A DNA stretch of 64,000 nt. Origin: Tubulanus polymorphus (lineage: Eukaryota; Animalia; Nemertea). Each line of letters starts with the position of its first letter. The stretch's first letter is position 1. Both the position numbers and the translations under genes were made by a program. The notes under the pieces are model-generated. The model was not told where the DNA came from. It did not search any database and was given only the letters and a program-made list of their open reading frames with translations. The stretch is taken from the NCBI RefSeq assembly GCF_964204645.1, contig NC_134026.1:6223950-6287949 (forward strand), read 5' to 3'. Of this stretch, positions 28,916-41,005 are shown one piece after another.

Positions 28916-31900
28916 ATGGCGAAAACCCCGGCAATTAGCGCGGACAAGTTGAAAGAACTGATCGAAACGAATCCGAATGAGCAGATATTGATCGATTGTC
29001 GGCCGTTTTTGGTTTTCGCCAAAAGTCACATTTCGTCGTCGTTTAACAGTTTGTGTCCGACGATTGTGAAAAGACGCGTCGGCAATAGACTTCCACTGGA
29101 GAATGCCGTTCCGTGTCAAAGCGCGCGCGAAAAACTGATGTCCGGTTTACAGGATACGGTCATTCTTTACGACGAAGAAACAATTGATATTGGCAGCTTA
29201 TCAGACGATTCGACTTTGTTACAAGTTGCCAGGTGTTTGACAGAGCGGGCTGGCATCACGGCCCTGTATTTTTTGAAAGGTAAAATCGAATATTACATCA
29301 AAAATCTTTCATGGAGATATATTATATATTGAAAATTATTAATTCTTTCTAATAATTTCATCAATTGCAACGAAGTGTTCTGAATAATTTCTCAATTGAA
29401 ACCTGCTTTGTTTACTGATGGCTACGTGACTGTGTATATAGTAGTAACGCGTCATATTGCGGATATCATATAGTAATTTTACAGTGGCTCACAATGGAAA
29501 TCGAGCTGTTTTTGCACAAAAAGGAAACCTGTTTCACATCGAGAACTAACAGCTTGTTTTAATCCATCTGTCCATCTGTGAACCTGTTCGAATTAACGAC
29601 ATGTATTAAATGAAATTATAGGCGGGTTGCGAACAGTGTCGTGGATTCTAGACAGGCGTGTTCTGCTCGAGTCTGGTTCTGAACGAATATAGCGTTCCTT
29701 GAACCTGCCATCATCACCTCTGGTCGTTTTTAAAAGCTCTTTTATATAATACAATAAAGCGATTGGCGTGCTTCATTTATAAAAAGAGGAATCTATCTCT
29801 AAGCGATGTTGGTGGATGGGAACAGATGGCCACTTTTCAGTCGAAACGGACAATGGGAGATTTCGCTACAGACAATCCTTTGTTTGAAGCGCGCCTGCGC
29901 GTGTTATACGGGTCGTTGACACGCGATGCCCAGAACGACAGTTATGGTCCGTTACCGCATTACTGTTTTCGAAAAAGCATAACAGGAACTAAAGTGCATC
30001 AGACCCGTCATGCCCTTAGTTAGCGTTGTATGATCAATCTAACTATAACAATATATACATATAACAATGTAACAAGTAGAAAGAGTCTAAAGGCAAAAAT
30101 AACATTATTGTTACTATTTATATAAAATATGACGCATTTAGGCTCGTTTTGGTTTTATAACCAATTTTACAACTTAAGATCAGTCATAGCTCATTATGGT
30201 TCTATAACCAATCTAATAACCTATTATGTAACAATCAGTTCCGGTCTAATTTTAGCCCTAAGTTACGCCGACTGTGTAAACGGGTCTTGATTTCTAATAT
30301 CTGGCAACTTTCATGTGCTCACCGTTGCTACCGGTCTTTGTCGACAGTACGGAATAATTGTTTGTGACTGGGGGCGGGTGAAAGAGAGAAAGAAAAGCGC
30401 GTGGGAAGAAAGAAATTAACAGCGTTTTATTGATCAAGAATCTCAGTTTCCAGTAACATGATATCATTCTCGCTATTATATTGTTGTAGCGTGTATAGTT
30501 ACGCCGATAATTCTGAATGGGCTCGTCGCGTTTTGAAAAAATACGCGATTTTTAAAACGATTGATTATTAATTTATCAAGCGCCCAAGGCTGCATCAAAC
30601 ACGACGACTTACAAATTTTGATTAAAAAAAGTGCACAAAAATAGGTGTCTATTTTTCGCCAATATTTGATTAGATGGTTCAAAAGTGTATACAATAAATT
30701 TAGATTTAATTTTCGCGTAAAATGGGTAGAGTTGAATGAAAATCGATTCCGAATTAATTTTGAGTAGTTATTGAATATCTGATGTGTATATGGAGTGAGT
30801 GATGAATGGGGAGTCGGTATCGATCGGCGAACAGCAGCAGTGACTCTTTGAGTTGTGTACTGTATCAATCTACATACATATGCGTGGTACAAAAACAATA
30901 AAACCACGTGCCCTCTATACTTTCACCTTTGTGTTTTTCCCGAGTATAATAAACATTTCGCAGAAATCTGCGTTTCTGTTTACCCCACACACGTTAACAG
31001 GATTTGATTGATTGAAATTATTTGACGATATATTTCTGTTGCCCAGCAGAAGTAACACACACTGCGGATAAAACTGCGTGCGCTATTTTATTTAATCGGC
31101 TGATGCGCGTACATATCGGTTTTAATCCGCGACTTGTGTTTAAGCAAAATCGTAGGCGACGCTTGAGCGCGCGGTAGAACTATGCATTACACCTGCAGGG
31201 GATTAGTTTCTCCGTGGAAAGGTCACCGTTAATGAGAAGAAATGATTCTTACACGAATTTCACTGGCAGACTCAATGGATACGATCAGAATCTGAAACAT
31301 ATATCACCAAACCTAAGCGTGTTGACATTTCGGGTTTTCTAGCTTCTCCGATGAATTATTGAAATTACACGAAGCACTTCAACTAACAACCGTTAGCGTG
31401 GATTTGAATTTGAAATTTAAACTATATCGAGAACGCGTACCGTGTGTGAAAGCGATCTCATCTGAACGGTATAAATGTATAACACGCTATGTTTATATGG
31501 CCTTGAAACACGCACGCGGTTGAACAAGTGAGGATGAAATTAGCGAAATTCTGGAACGGCATCAACCACGTTACCCAGCTCCTAATGCCAATAATCGATT
31601 CATTCCCCGTTCCCCGTTTCCTAATGAACGCTCTTATATCCAGAGATATAAGAGTCAAGCGCTGTGGAATCAAGATTGACGTTTCAGCGAGCTGGGCCGA
31701 AATTGATAGAATTCTATATTTTCGCCTTGGTTGAAGAAATAAATCAATTTATGTGTATATAAGCTTTATCACCGCGATTCCGTAACCGAATTATCATGTC
31801 GCGACTTAATATGGTGTTATTTTGTAGGTGGATTCAAGCAATTTGCGCGACAATTCAACCATCTGTGTAACACCTCACAACGACCGTTCCCAAACAAAGT

Positions 31901-34111
31901 ACATGGTTTCTCTCCGTCCTCATCTGTTTCCATGGCAATCAACTCATCGCAGGTAGGTGGATGGTGATGGTGACGCCCTACTGAAACTGTAGTATTGTGC
32001 ATTTACCTTATTATTTCAATCAATAAAACTGATACACATTTTCTTTGCGCGCGGTATAAATTTCTCTTGAAAATATCCTATTAACTCCAGGTTCCCGCGC
32101 AATCCAGACTTCAGCCCAAAATGGACACGATTCAGTTTTGGTCTACACAGACAAGTGGCTATCCAAATTCGATAAGTTGATAAAGCCACAATTATAAGAA
32201 AAACTAAGAGGTAGTTCTAACGTTTCAACTCAATTCGTTGATGTTTGGTACCTCCGTCAAATATTACTTTCATCCTAAAATCAGGTTATCAATGTAATGT
32301 AGAGGATTTCCGTAATTCATTATTGTCTAAAAGGAATTTGTGGTTTTCTCACATTTCCTCGTTGGGGGTAATTTTCAAGAAAACCAGCAATGGTGGCTAT
32401 AAACCTCCGCGTTGAAAAGGAGTGGCCTTTGATGCCACTATATATTTTTCACAGGATTGTTTCTATGAACTAGGGGAAGAAAAACGTGTTGGCCAAAAAT
32501 ATTTACATAGATATTTCATATTTTTTTATTGGCCAGTAATTGGCAATGGCTCGTCCAATGGTGTACAGATTCTTTCCTGCGCTAATGGAACAATAAGAAC
32601 CTCAGTTAGGAGTGGCATAGCCATTTAGTTTAGTCGTATGTAATTATACTAATAAGCCATCATCCTCTATCGCAAAGAAAGATTCAGCGCTGCAAGCAAG
32701 CGCTGCGCGTTGGTCTCTTATAGTGGCGCTGGGGCTCGTCATGTTGACTGTCATGCGCGGCCGCCGCAAAATAATTCGACTTCAACGATGCTTCAATTGT
32801 GAGCAGAAACAGCACGAGCACCGAGACACGGCATCGACGGCAGTCCTCTTCAGTTCTGCCGTCTTGGTGATTCATGATATACCGTATAGTTTCATGAGTC
32901 ATCGTTATCGTCGTTATTTCCCAGCCAGTTCCCCCCGTTCCTGCAGACACTCGCGGTCGCGTCGTCTGTCGTCGCAATAACGATGTTTTATTGAGGAATG
33001 TAGGGAGAACTATCGATTTTCAAGAGCAACAACGATGATCTATACCAAAACAACAATGTTTTTAACACGCCCATGCTACGTCTATTTTAGAACGTCACCA
33101 GATCCGGCTTTTGTATCGATTTTTTGTTTGTATTTTTAAAACCTTGCTTCATCATCTCTCTCATGAACGAGATTTCTATATTTAGCTGTTTGTTGATACC
33201 ATAATTATATTTGGAAACTGAAACCCAACCCTTTACGTTTTGGATCAAAATTCAATCCGTTGTTCTAGTGAGGTTTTTACCGAAAAGCCTTATTTAGATG
33301 TGCGCATTGTATACACGAATTCGTATGAATGACGTTGATAATAGTATAAGGTTCTAGCCGAAAGCACTTGTAATGTTTATACACATTAAACTGACGGGAA
33401 AGTTTCATTTACAGAATTAATGAAATAGAATAAAAAATAGAATCAAAAGTAACCAAAAGAGCAACGGAACCAATCAATGTCTCTCAGGGTTCGGTTTCAT
33501 ATAAAAAAGTAAATGTTTAAAACGGTTAAGTTTCATCTTTGAAACGAGAAATTGGAAGATGAGTAGCCAAAAGCAAAAACAAATTGACTTAAATTTTTTT
33601 GTGAAATTGCGGGTCCTGGGGACATTAGCAGCAATACATTCAGTTTAAATCTCATCTGTGTAAATGATTTGTTTTTCTTTTTAATTAGGAACCAGTAGAA
33701 ATAGCTCCACATTTATTTCTGGGCAGCAGTCAACACGCGAAACACCGCGAACAGTTACTGGAACTGGGAATCACCGCGTTACTGAACGTCTCGCAGCACG
33801 AAGTCGAACAATTTCAACATTTCCTCTACCTCAATATCCCGATCAGAGATAACAACTCATCCGACATCAGTACCTGGTTCGACGAGGCAATCAACTTTAT
33901 AGGTAAACACTTGATACATGAAACAATAACCGCCCACTCTTATCCGTTATCTGATCGTTCATTCAAAAAACACCAATAACAACACGAGAACTCTAAACGC
34001 CTTCTTCGTACACTGACACCTGATGATTTCTCCTTGTAAGTGTTCCGGTGTTCTAATGATGCTCGTGAGCAATAATTTAGCGCGTTGTCATCGTTTAGAA
34101 ATGCGGGGCAT

Positions 34112-34166
<55 letters not shown>

Positions 34167-34917
34167 GAAATATTCAGCGGATTCAGCGCGTTGCATCACG
34201 ATTATATATAATGACCCGGAATGCCCGAGACGTCGATCGGCGAGAAAGCCATCAAAGTTCTCATCATCTCCCGCGATTAGGAAGGATTTCGATATAATAC
34301 CGGGCCAATCCTTTTCGGCTCTTGTCTGGCTAAACTCAAATGACCGTGCGTGGTTTTTGCCTTTCTATTTTTCAGATGACGTCAAGAGAAGCGACGGGAA
34401 AGTATTATTACATTGTCACGCCGGCATTAGTCGATCACCTACGATCTGTATCGCTTATCTGATGAGGAATTACAACTTGAATTTACAACAAGCGTACGAT
34501 CTCGTGAAATCTCGCCGAAACGTTATTTGCCCGAACGCCTATTTCATGGTTCAACTCGTCGAGTACGAAGCGAAATTGGCAGACGATAAAATACGCGACG
34601 AAAAACAACAGAATATTAAGTTACCGGCGGCCGCGGTTCAAAAGACGAAAACGGTAGTTGTCGATACGAGTAAGATCTCGATACCGCTGGAAAGTAAAAT
34701 CAAACTCAATGTGCCTCCTCCCCCTACCTCGTGCGTTCACCAAGCGAAAACAGTATTTGATTTTTCGGCAGCTCATGTACAGTACCTTCAAGAACAAACG
34801 TCCGAACTCGACCTACGCCCACCGCTTAGCCCCTGTCGGCTGACGACGGGTTTTCACGCTTTCCCCCTAGCGAGCCCAATCAGCAGCCCTCTGACACCGC
34901 TAATGTCTCCGAGTTGA
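28916..34917 (+). CDS. DUSP1: Dual-specificity MAP kinase phosphatase, DUSP1/2/4/5 type; exons 28916-29279, 31828-31952, 33689-33902, 34376-34917
   Basis: Rhodanese/KIM domain (LIDCRPF..F..SHI, IVKRR, YFLKGGF), DSPc domain (PVEIAPHLFLGS, HCHAGISRSPTICIAYLM, VKSRR..ICPN..FM.QL..YE) and the ending SPLTPLMSPS like DUSP1/4. 3'UTR has ATTTA motifs and AATAAA at ~35647. The symbol marks the subfamily; the gene is probably co-orthologous to DUSP1/2/4/5. Confidence 0.9.
34116..34163. repeat. (TA)n microsatellite; another at 54472-54520
   Basis: Direct reading. Confidence 0.95.
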
Positions 34918-36310
34918 CCGGTGACATCATAGTGGACGATGACGTCGCACGGCGTCCGTCGTCCACTTATTAAATACCAAACACAAGTTTCCACTCGAAA
35001 ACTGAATCTCAGAATGTGTGTACGTGTCGCGGGCACTGTAAGTATAATGACGGGTGCTAGGGGGTTTCAGCTCAAAAATGGACGTATAAAAGATGCTCGC
35101 ATTATATTAAACATGAAATGTGCATTTATTCCGACTGAACGGGATTTGATTGGTGCTAATGATATGATATTGAAAAAAAATCGTTTATCCTCGTTTAGAA
35201 ACGGTTAAAATGCGAAAACGGATATAAGGGAAAATGCCTCGGTATTATCGCCGAAAACTCAGTGTATAGACTAAGAAAACTTAATCGTACGAACAAAAAG
35301 ATCCATAGAGTTAGTTCTATGCGCGAGTATTTTGTATATTATTTGTTTCGTTCGTTTAGCAGCAGTAAGTGGGATTCGGCCCCGAAAAAAATTGGATTTA
35401 GTTTTTACTATGAATTAAATTTTTGTACGATCGCGCGCCGTTCGTCTCACTGCAAGTCGCAGTTTCAAGGTTAATGATAATTTATTATTTATATTTAATA
35501 ATATATATACCCGAGAATTAATTTATGGAATTATTTTACGATAAGGAGTTAGAATGATCAAGAAGGATTTAGTTTGAATCATTATATTTAATTGACATGT
35601 ATGTTTGTACTTTATCAAATATCTGCTCCAGGAGTATCAGAATTGTAATAAAATACCTTGTACAAATGAGAAATTGTTCGCCTTCTGTTATTTTGGATTC
35701 AATTTAGAAAATTCTCACCGAATATAAACAATCGTTCGGCTTTTTTCACCGCCTTTATCAGGTGCGAAGGGCGCGAATATCGGCGGTTGAAACTGAAGGG
35801 GGCAGCACCAGCTGAATTCTAGTCAGAACTGAAGAGAACCGCAGCACCGACAGAACAACGAAAAGCATTTTGAAAAATTCATTAATGATTCATAAAATTA
35901 TTTATATTTTCGAAATATTATTTATCTGGTGGTTTAAAGGTGATACCTTCTTTATCTGGTGGTTTAAACTGCACGGACGTACTTTCGGCGCGCTCCTGAG
36001 AATATCAATCGACGAGGTAAATTTTCAGATTCTAATTGAAAAAATCATAAAACAAGGAAACTTTCTAACCTTGTGATAATATACTGAGATATAATATAGT
36101 TATAACTGTTGTTCTGAGAATTTGCTACCGATCCGTCAGCTGATAACCGACACGACTTTTGAACACCGCGCGTAGCCACCGTAGATTACATTGATTGTGA
36201 CTTAGCTCCAACCTTTGCCGCCAGATAAATTTCAAATACTTGAACATTCACCTATTCCTTTCTTTTTTTACTTCCAAATACAAAATCCGTACCTGTGAGA
36301 ACTGGAGAAA

Positions 36311-37144
36311 ATGGCTGGCAGGCAGAGCACTTCACCCCCGAGGAAACAACCTAAAACCAGTGGAACATCAAGAACGAATCAGAATCGGCAGCCGCAGCTA
36401 ATACCAATCTCGGACAAGCAGCTACAACAAATTCTGGAACAGAAGATACCGACGGAGAAAACGGCATCGCGCGAGGACAGTGGAATATCAACGAAACTTG
36501 ACGCGATTCTGTCTCAACTCGGGAAATTAGAACTCTTAGACGATTTACAGAAAGATATGAGCGAAGTTAAGCAGTCGCTAGAGTTCTGCCACCAAGACGT
36601 TCTGCAATTGAAAAGCGAAAACACGGTGCTTAAGAATAGAGTGAAAGAACTAGAGCAAATCGTAGCGAACCAGGAGACCATCGTCAAATCAGACCACGAA
36701 CTCTTGCTCGACCAGCAATGGCGCAGTATGCGGGATAATTTGATTTTTTACGGCGTTGGAGAATCCGATGGTGAAGATACAGAAAATATGGTGCGAGAAT
36801 TCTGTATTCACGATCTAAAGCTAGCAAAAGAATCTGTCGAGGCTATCGAGTTTGCGCGTGTCCACCGTTTAGGAAAAAGAAAGAGCGATCAAAAAAAACC
36901 GCGTGCGATAGTGGCGAAGTTCGAACATTTTAAGGACAGAGAATTAGTGCGCTCTGTCGCGAGGAATCTAGCCGGTACTTCGTTAGGCTTGAGCGAGCAA
37001 GTTCCAGAAGAGTGGGCCGCACGTAGACGCGAACTGTTACCGGAACTGAGGGCTGCGAAAGCCAGCGGAAAACACGCGTTTTTCGCCAGGGACAAACTTG
37101 TTATCCGAGATCGCCGGGAACGTGCTGCCATGGATAGCAGCTAG
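36311..37144 (+). CDS. LINE ORF1p: coiled coil plus L1-ORF1/Transposase_22-like RRM and CTD
   Basis: Heptad region LDDLQKDMSEVKQSLEF..LKSENTVLKNRVKELE, then RDNLIFYGVGE, IEFARVHRLG, PRAIVAKF, SEQVPEEWAARRRELL. Confidence 0.88.
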   Translation: MAGRQSTSPPRKQPKTSGTSRTNQNRQPQLIPISDKQLQQILEQKIPTEKTASREDSGISTKLDAILSQLGKLELLDDLQKDMSEVKQSLEFCHQDVLQLKSENTVLKNRVKELEQIVANQETIVKSDHELLLDQQWRSMRDNLIFYGVGESDGEDTENMVREFCIHDLKLAKESVEAIEFARVHRLGKRKSDQKKPRAIVAKFEHFKDRELVRSVARNLAGTSLGLSEQVPEEWAARRRELLPELRAAKASGKHAFFARDKLVIRDRRERAAMDSS

Positions 37145-37189
37145 GATGCAGCGGAGGGTTTTATACGTGTTGAGTATATCGATCGGACG

Positions 37190-40100
37190 GTGATTTTTGC
37201 GAAGGGTCGATGCTATGCGCTAGACTTTGTGAATAGTTTTGCTCTTTTTGGCAACAATCCTGATGTAAATAGCAAAAATGACGAGTTAAATAATGAAATA
37301 AGCGAGTCTGTTGTAAATAATGGAAGAATAGAGTTTGATGTATATAATGAAAGGTGCAGTTTTGATGTAAATAACGAAAGAAGAGAGTTTGATGTAAATA
37401 ATGAAATGAGCAGTTTTGATGTATATGATGGAGTAAATAAAAATGTTGTCCCTGTTGTAAATATAAAAAAAACTAATTTGGATACTGATAACCTTAATTT
37501 TAATGAAGACAATGAAGTAGGCGTAGGTGATGAACAGTCGATTAAAGATATTAAATTTGTAAGTCTCAATATTTGCGGTATTAATAGTAAACTCGGTGTC
37601 CCTGAATTTGATGATTTTATTAGTAGCTATGATTTTGTATGTTTAACTGAAACCCACCTCGACGATGTCGATGGAAATCTAACCAATGATTTACCCGGTT
37701 CGTATGTGTCACATTTTAAAAACAGGAAAATAATTTCGAAAAGGAGTTCAGGTGGAATCGGTATAATTTATAAGAGTTGTTTAGATAGTAAGATTGAACC
37801 ATTATCAACTGATTGCCCTTTTGTATCCTGGTACTGCTTAGATAAAAGTTTGTTTAACTTCGACAAAAATGTACTCTTAGGTGTAGTTTATATTCCCCCT
37901 GAAACAAGTAAATATTATTCGAATAGAGCAATTAATGAAATAGAGTTAGAATTATTACAGCTAAAGATTGAAAATGATTTTAATGTACTAATTACGGGTG
38001 ACTTTAATGCTCACACTTCGTGTATACCAGATTTTATAGAGCCTGATAATCAGATAATAGACGATAATTTACACCCCACTGTTGATTCACAGCTTTTATT
38101 TAGCTTAGACATTCCGACTGTAAGAAATAATCAGGACAAAAGAACGAATAACACAGGCTATCAGTTAATTGATTTCTGTAAGAATCATTCATTAATTATA
38201 CTCAATGGCAGATGTGGCGGGGACCAGTCTGGTGATTATACTTTTAAGGGAACTAGTGTTATTGATTACTTTGTATGCGATATTGACCTGTTTGAATATG
38301 TTTGCGACTTTCAGATAATGCCTTTTGAACCGCTATTGTCTGATGGACATAACTCTCTTAGGCTTTGTTTAAGCAGAAATTCTAGGGACACTATTATTGC
38401 TGATAATGCTAACAATGAGCAGGTAAATGGAAAGCCATCAATTAGATGGGACAATAGTAGATCAGATCAGTTTTTCGCGACAGTAGAATCAAGATTATAT
38501 GACATTGGCCTCAATGATTCACTTATGGATGGATTGCAGGACCCAGGTAGTCAGTCTCTAAACAAAGTAAACGAACTCACTGATAGATTTGTATCTTCCC
38601 TGGTGTTAAGTGCCGAAGAATGTAACTTGGTGCTCAATAGGAAAAATAGAAGACGTAGAAGCCCGGTTCATAACAAGTGGTTCAATCGTAGCTGTAGGGA
38701 TGCGCGTAAAGATTATAATTATAATAAAAACAGATATAGAGGCTGCCCCACCCCTTCTAACTTTGATGCTTTCAAGAACTCGTCAAAGAAATATAAAAAA
38801 ATCATCCGGGAAAGTAAGAGAAAACAGAAGGAAACTTTTATTAAAGAACTACGAGATTGTGAAGTCAATAACCCGAAAAAGTATTGGGCTATGCTTAATT
38901 CTGCAACTTATGCAAAAACTAAGGACGCTAATATTGATATTGATATTTTTCTTGAACACTTTATGCAATTAAATGACTTAAATGGTGTAAACGAAGGGAA
39001 CGATAATATTGAACAACAGAATGATGATCCTCATGTATATGACAACCATATTTTAAACTGCGACATAACAGCCGATGAAGTAATGAAAGCTATCTCATTG
39101 CTTAAGAACAATAAGGCACCTGGTATAGATGGAATCATTAATGAGTTATTAAAATTTAGTCGGTATCCGTGCTTAGTTAATATATTACGAAACCTGTTTA
39201 ATTTAGTTCTTAAGACTGGACATGTTCCGGAGACGTGGTCTATAGGGATAATTAAACCTGTTTTTAAAAAGAAAGGCGATCCCACTAATCCTGATAATTA
39301 TAGAGGTATAACACTAGTTAGCTGTCTTGGTAAATTATTCACAAGTATCCTTAACCAAAGGCTGTCAACTTTTCTCGATTCAAACAATATAATTAGTGAA
39401 GCACAGGCCGGATTTAGACCAAAATATTCTACTACTGACCATATTTACGCGTTGAAAACAATCGTCGAATTGTACTTATGTCAAGGAAGAAGACTTTTTT
39501 GCGCCTTTGTAGATTTTAAGAAGGCTTTCGACTCGGTTTGCCGGGTTACATTATGGAGAAAATTGATAGAGAGTAGCATTACGGGGAATTTTTTGAACGT
39601 AGTTAAAAATATCTATAATTCGGTGAAATCATGTGTTCAATTTAACGGAAACACATCACAGTATTTTGCTGCTGATAGAGGTTTAAGACAAGGTGAAAAT
39701 TTATCACCTATCCTATTTTCCTTATTCTTAAACGATATTGAAGACTTTTTTGCTACGCGCGGTAAACCAACTTTGTCGTATATTGAAAAGCTTAATGTGA
39801 ATTGTGACCCAGAACTAGGGACTTTACTTAACTTATTCATTATCCTTTATGCGGATGACACAGTCATTCTTGCTGAAGATGAGGAATCTCTCCAGTCACA
39901 TTTGGATACATTATTTGAATATTGCGCCGACAACGGCCTCACGGTGAATGTTGATAAAACTAAAATATTAGTCTTCGCTCGAAGTAAAAGTAGGATTAAG
40001 CGTATTTCAAAATTCATGTTCGGTAATCAGGAGTTAGAGTTAGTTGAGGATTATGTGTATCTCGGAGTGAAATTCAATTGGAACGGTAGTTTCGCTAAAG

Positions 40101-41005
40101 CAAAAAAATTTCTCTATGATAAAGCTATGAAAGCTATGTATTCTATTATTCAAAAGGGCAGACGTTTGAAACTTCCAGTAGATGTAATGTTTAAACTATT
40201 TGACATGTGCGTCGCTCCTATCGCGTTGTACGGTTGCGAAATCTGGGGATATGAAAACCTTGACTTATTAGAAAACCTCCACTGTTTATTTTGTAAAATT
40301 ATCATGAAAGTTACAAAATATTCCCATAACCTTCAAGTATTAGCGGAGTTAGGACGTTATCCTATGTATATAAGCGTAAAGCGTAGAATGATTAATTTTT
40401 GGGTCAAAACGATAGAGTGCAAACAAAGTAAACTTAGTTCAATTCTCTATAAGATATCTTATAATTTATATCTGAATGATAGGTTTAAGAGCCCCTGGCT
40501 GTTATTTATTAAGAAGACTTTTGATGACTGTGGCCTTTCGTATATATGGACACAACAATCTATGGTAAACTCTAGGACTTCTCCAAAACAATTACACCGT
40601 TTACTCCGTGATCAGCATGTGCAAGAGACAGAATTTAGGCTAAATAATAACCCGTTATACATTAATTTTAGACAATATAAGAAGGATATCAAATTTGAAA
40701 ACTATATAAATCGGCTTGATGACGACTTAGTGACCAGCTTATTCCAGTTCAGGATTGGTTCTTATCTCCTACCTGTAAATAAATTGTCAAATCTCCATCT
40801 ACCGAGAACCGATAGATTATGCCCCACCTGTAACGTTTTAGGCGACGAACTACATTTCATTTTTGACTGTAAATTACTTACCGTATTCCGTGAAAGCTAC
40901 CTAAATTCAAATACCTTTCGGAATCTTGATGTTTTAAAAAATCCAACTTTTAAACTTGCTAAATTTATCAAATTAGGTCTGGATGTATATAGATCCCTCC
41001 GGTAG
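37190..41005 (+). CDS. LINE ORF2p: APE endonuclease, reverse transcriptase and C-terminal zinc knuckle
   Basis: EN motifs SLNICG, CLTETH, VYIPP, GDFNAH, SVIDY, SDGH. RT motifs KAPGIDGI, NYRGITL, QAGFR, FVDFKKAFDSV, GLRQGENLSP, LYADD, YLGV. The listed start is GTG; the first ATG is at 37406. Confidence 0.95.
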   Translation: MIFAKGRCYALDFVNSFALFGNNPDVNSKNDELNNEISESVVNNGRIEFDVYNERCSFDVNNERREFDVNNEMSSFDVYDGVNKNVVPVVNIKKTNLDTDNLNFNEDNEVGVGDEQSIKDIKFVSLNICGINSKLGVPEFDDFISSYDFVCLTETHLDDVDGNLTNDLPGSYVSHFKNRKIISKRSSGGIGIIYKSCLDSKIEPLSTDCPFVSWYCLDKSLFNFDKNVLLGVVYIPPETSKYYSNRAINEIELELLQLKIENDFNVLITGDFNAHTSCIPDFIEPDNQIIDDNLHPTVDSQLLFSLDIPTVRNNQDKRTNNTGYQLIDFCKNHSLIILNGRCGGDQSGDYTFKGTSVIDYFVCDIDLFEYVCDFQIMPFEPLLSDGHNSLRLCLSRNSRDTIIADNANNEQVNGKPSIRWDNSRSDQFFATVESRLYDIGLNDSLMDGLQDPGSQSLNKVNELTDRFVSSLVLSAEECNLVLNRKNRRRRSPVHNKWFNRSCRDARKDYNYNKNRYRGCPTPSNFDAFKNSSKKYKKIIRESKRKQKETFIKELRDCEVNNPKKYWAMLNSATYAKTKDANIDIDIFLEHFMQLNDLNGVNEGNDNIEQQNDDPHVYDNHILNCDITADEVMKAISLLKNNKAPGIDGIINELLKFSRYPCLVNILRNLFNLVLKTGHVPETWSIGIIKPVFKKKGDPTNPDNYRGITLVSCLGKLFTSILNQRLSTFLDSNNIISEAQAGFRPKYSTTDHIYALKTIVELYLCQGRRLFCAFVDFKKAFDSVCRVTLWRKLIESSITGNFLNVVKNIYNSVKSCVQFNGNTSQYFAADRGLRQGENLSPILFSLFLNDIEDFFATRGKPTLSYIEKLNVNCDPELGTLLNLFIILYADDTVILAEDEESLQSHLDTLFEYCADNGLTVNVDKTKILVFARSKSRIKRISKFMFGNQELELVEDYVYLGVKFNWNGSFAKAKKFLYDKAMKAMYSIIQKGRRLKLPVDVMFKLFDMCVAPIALYGCEIWGYENLDLLENLHCLFCKIIMKVTKYSHNLQVLAELGRYPMYISVKRRMINFWVKTIECKQSKLSSILYKISYNLYLNDRFKSPWLLFIKKTFDDCGLSYIWTQQSMVNSRTSPKQLHRLLRDQHVQETEFRLNNNPLYINFRQYKKDIKFENYINRLDDDLVTSLFQFRIGSYLLPVNKLSNLHLPRTDRLCPTCNVLGDELHFIFDCKLLTVFRESYLNSNTFRNLDVLKNPTFKLAKFIKLGLDVYRSLR

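Noticed and set aside
32684-32980. Overlapping 85-97 aa ORFs in DUSP intron 2
   Set aside because: Non-ATG starts and no domain. The GC-rich patch is more likely regulatory.
37213-39840. Antisense and alternate-frame ORFs inside the LINE
   Set aside because: Shadow ORFs of ORF2 with no independent support.
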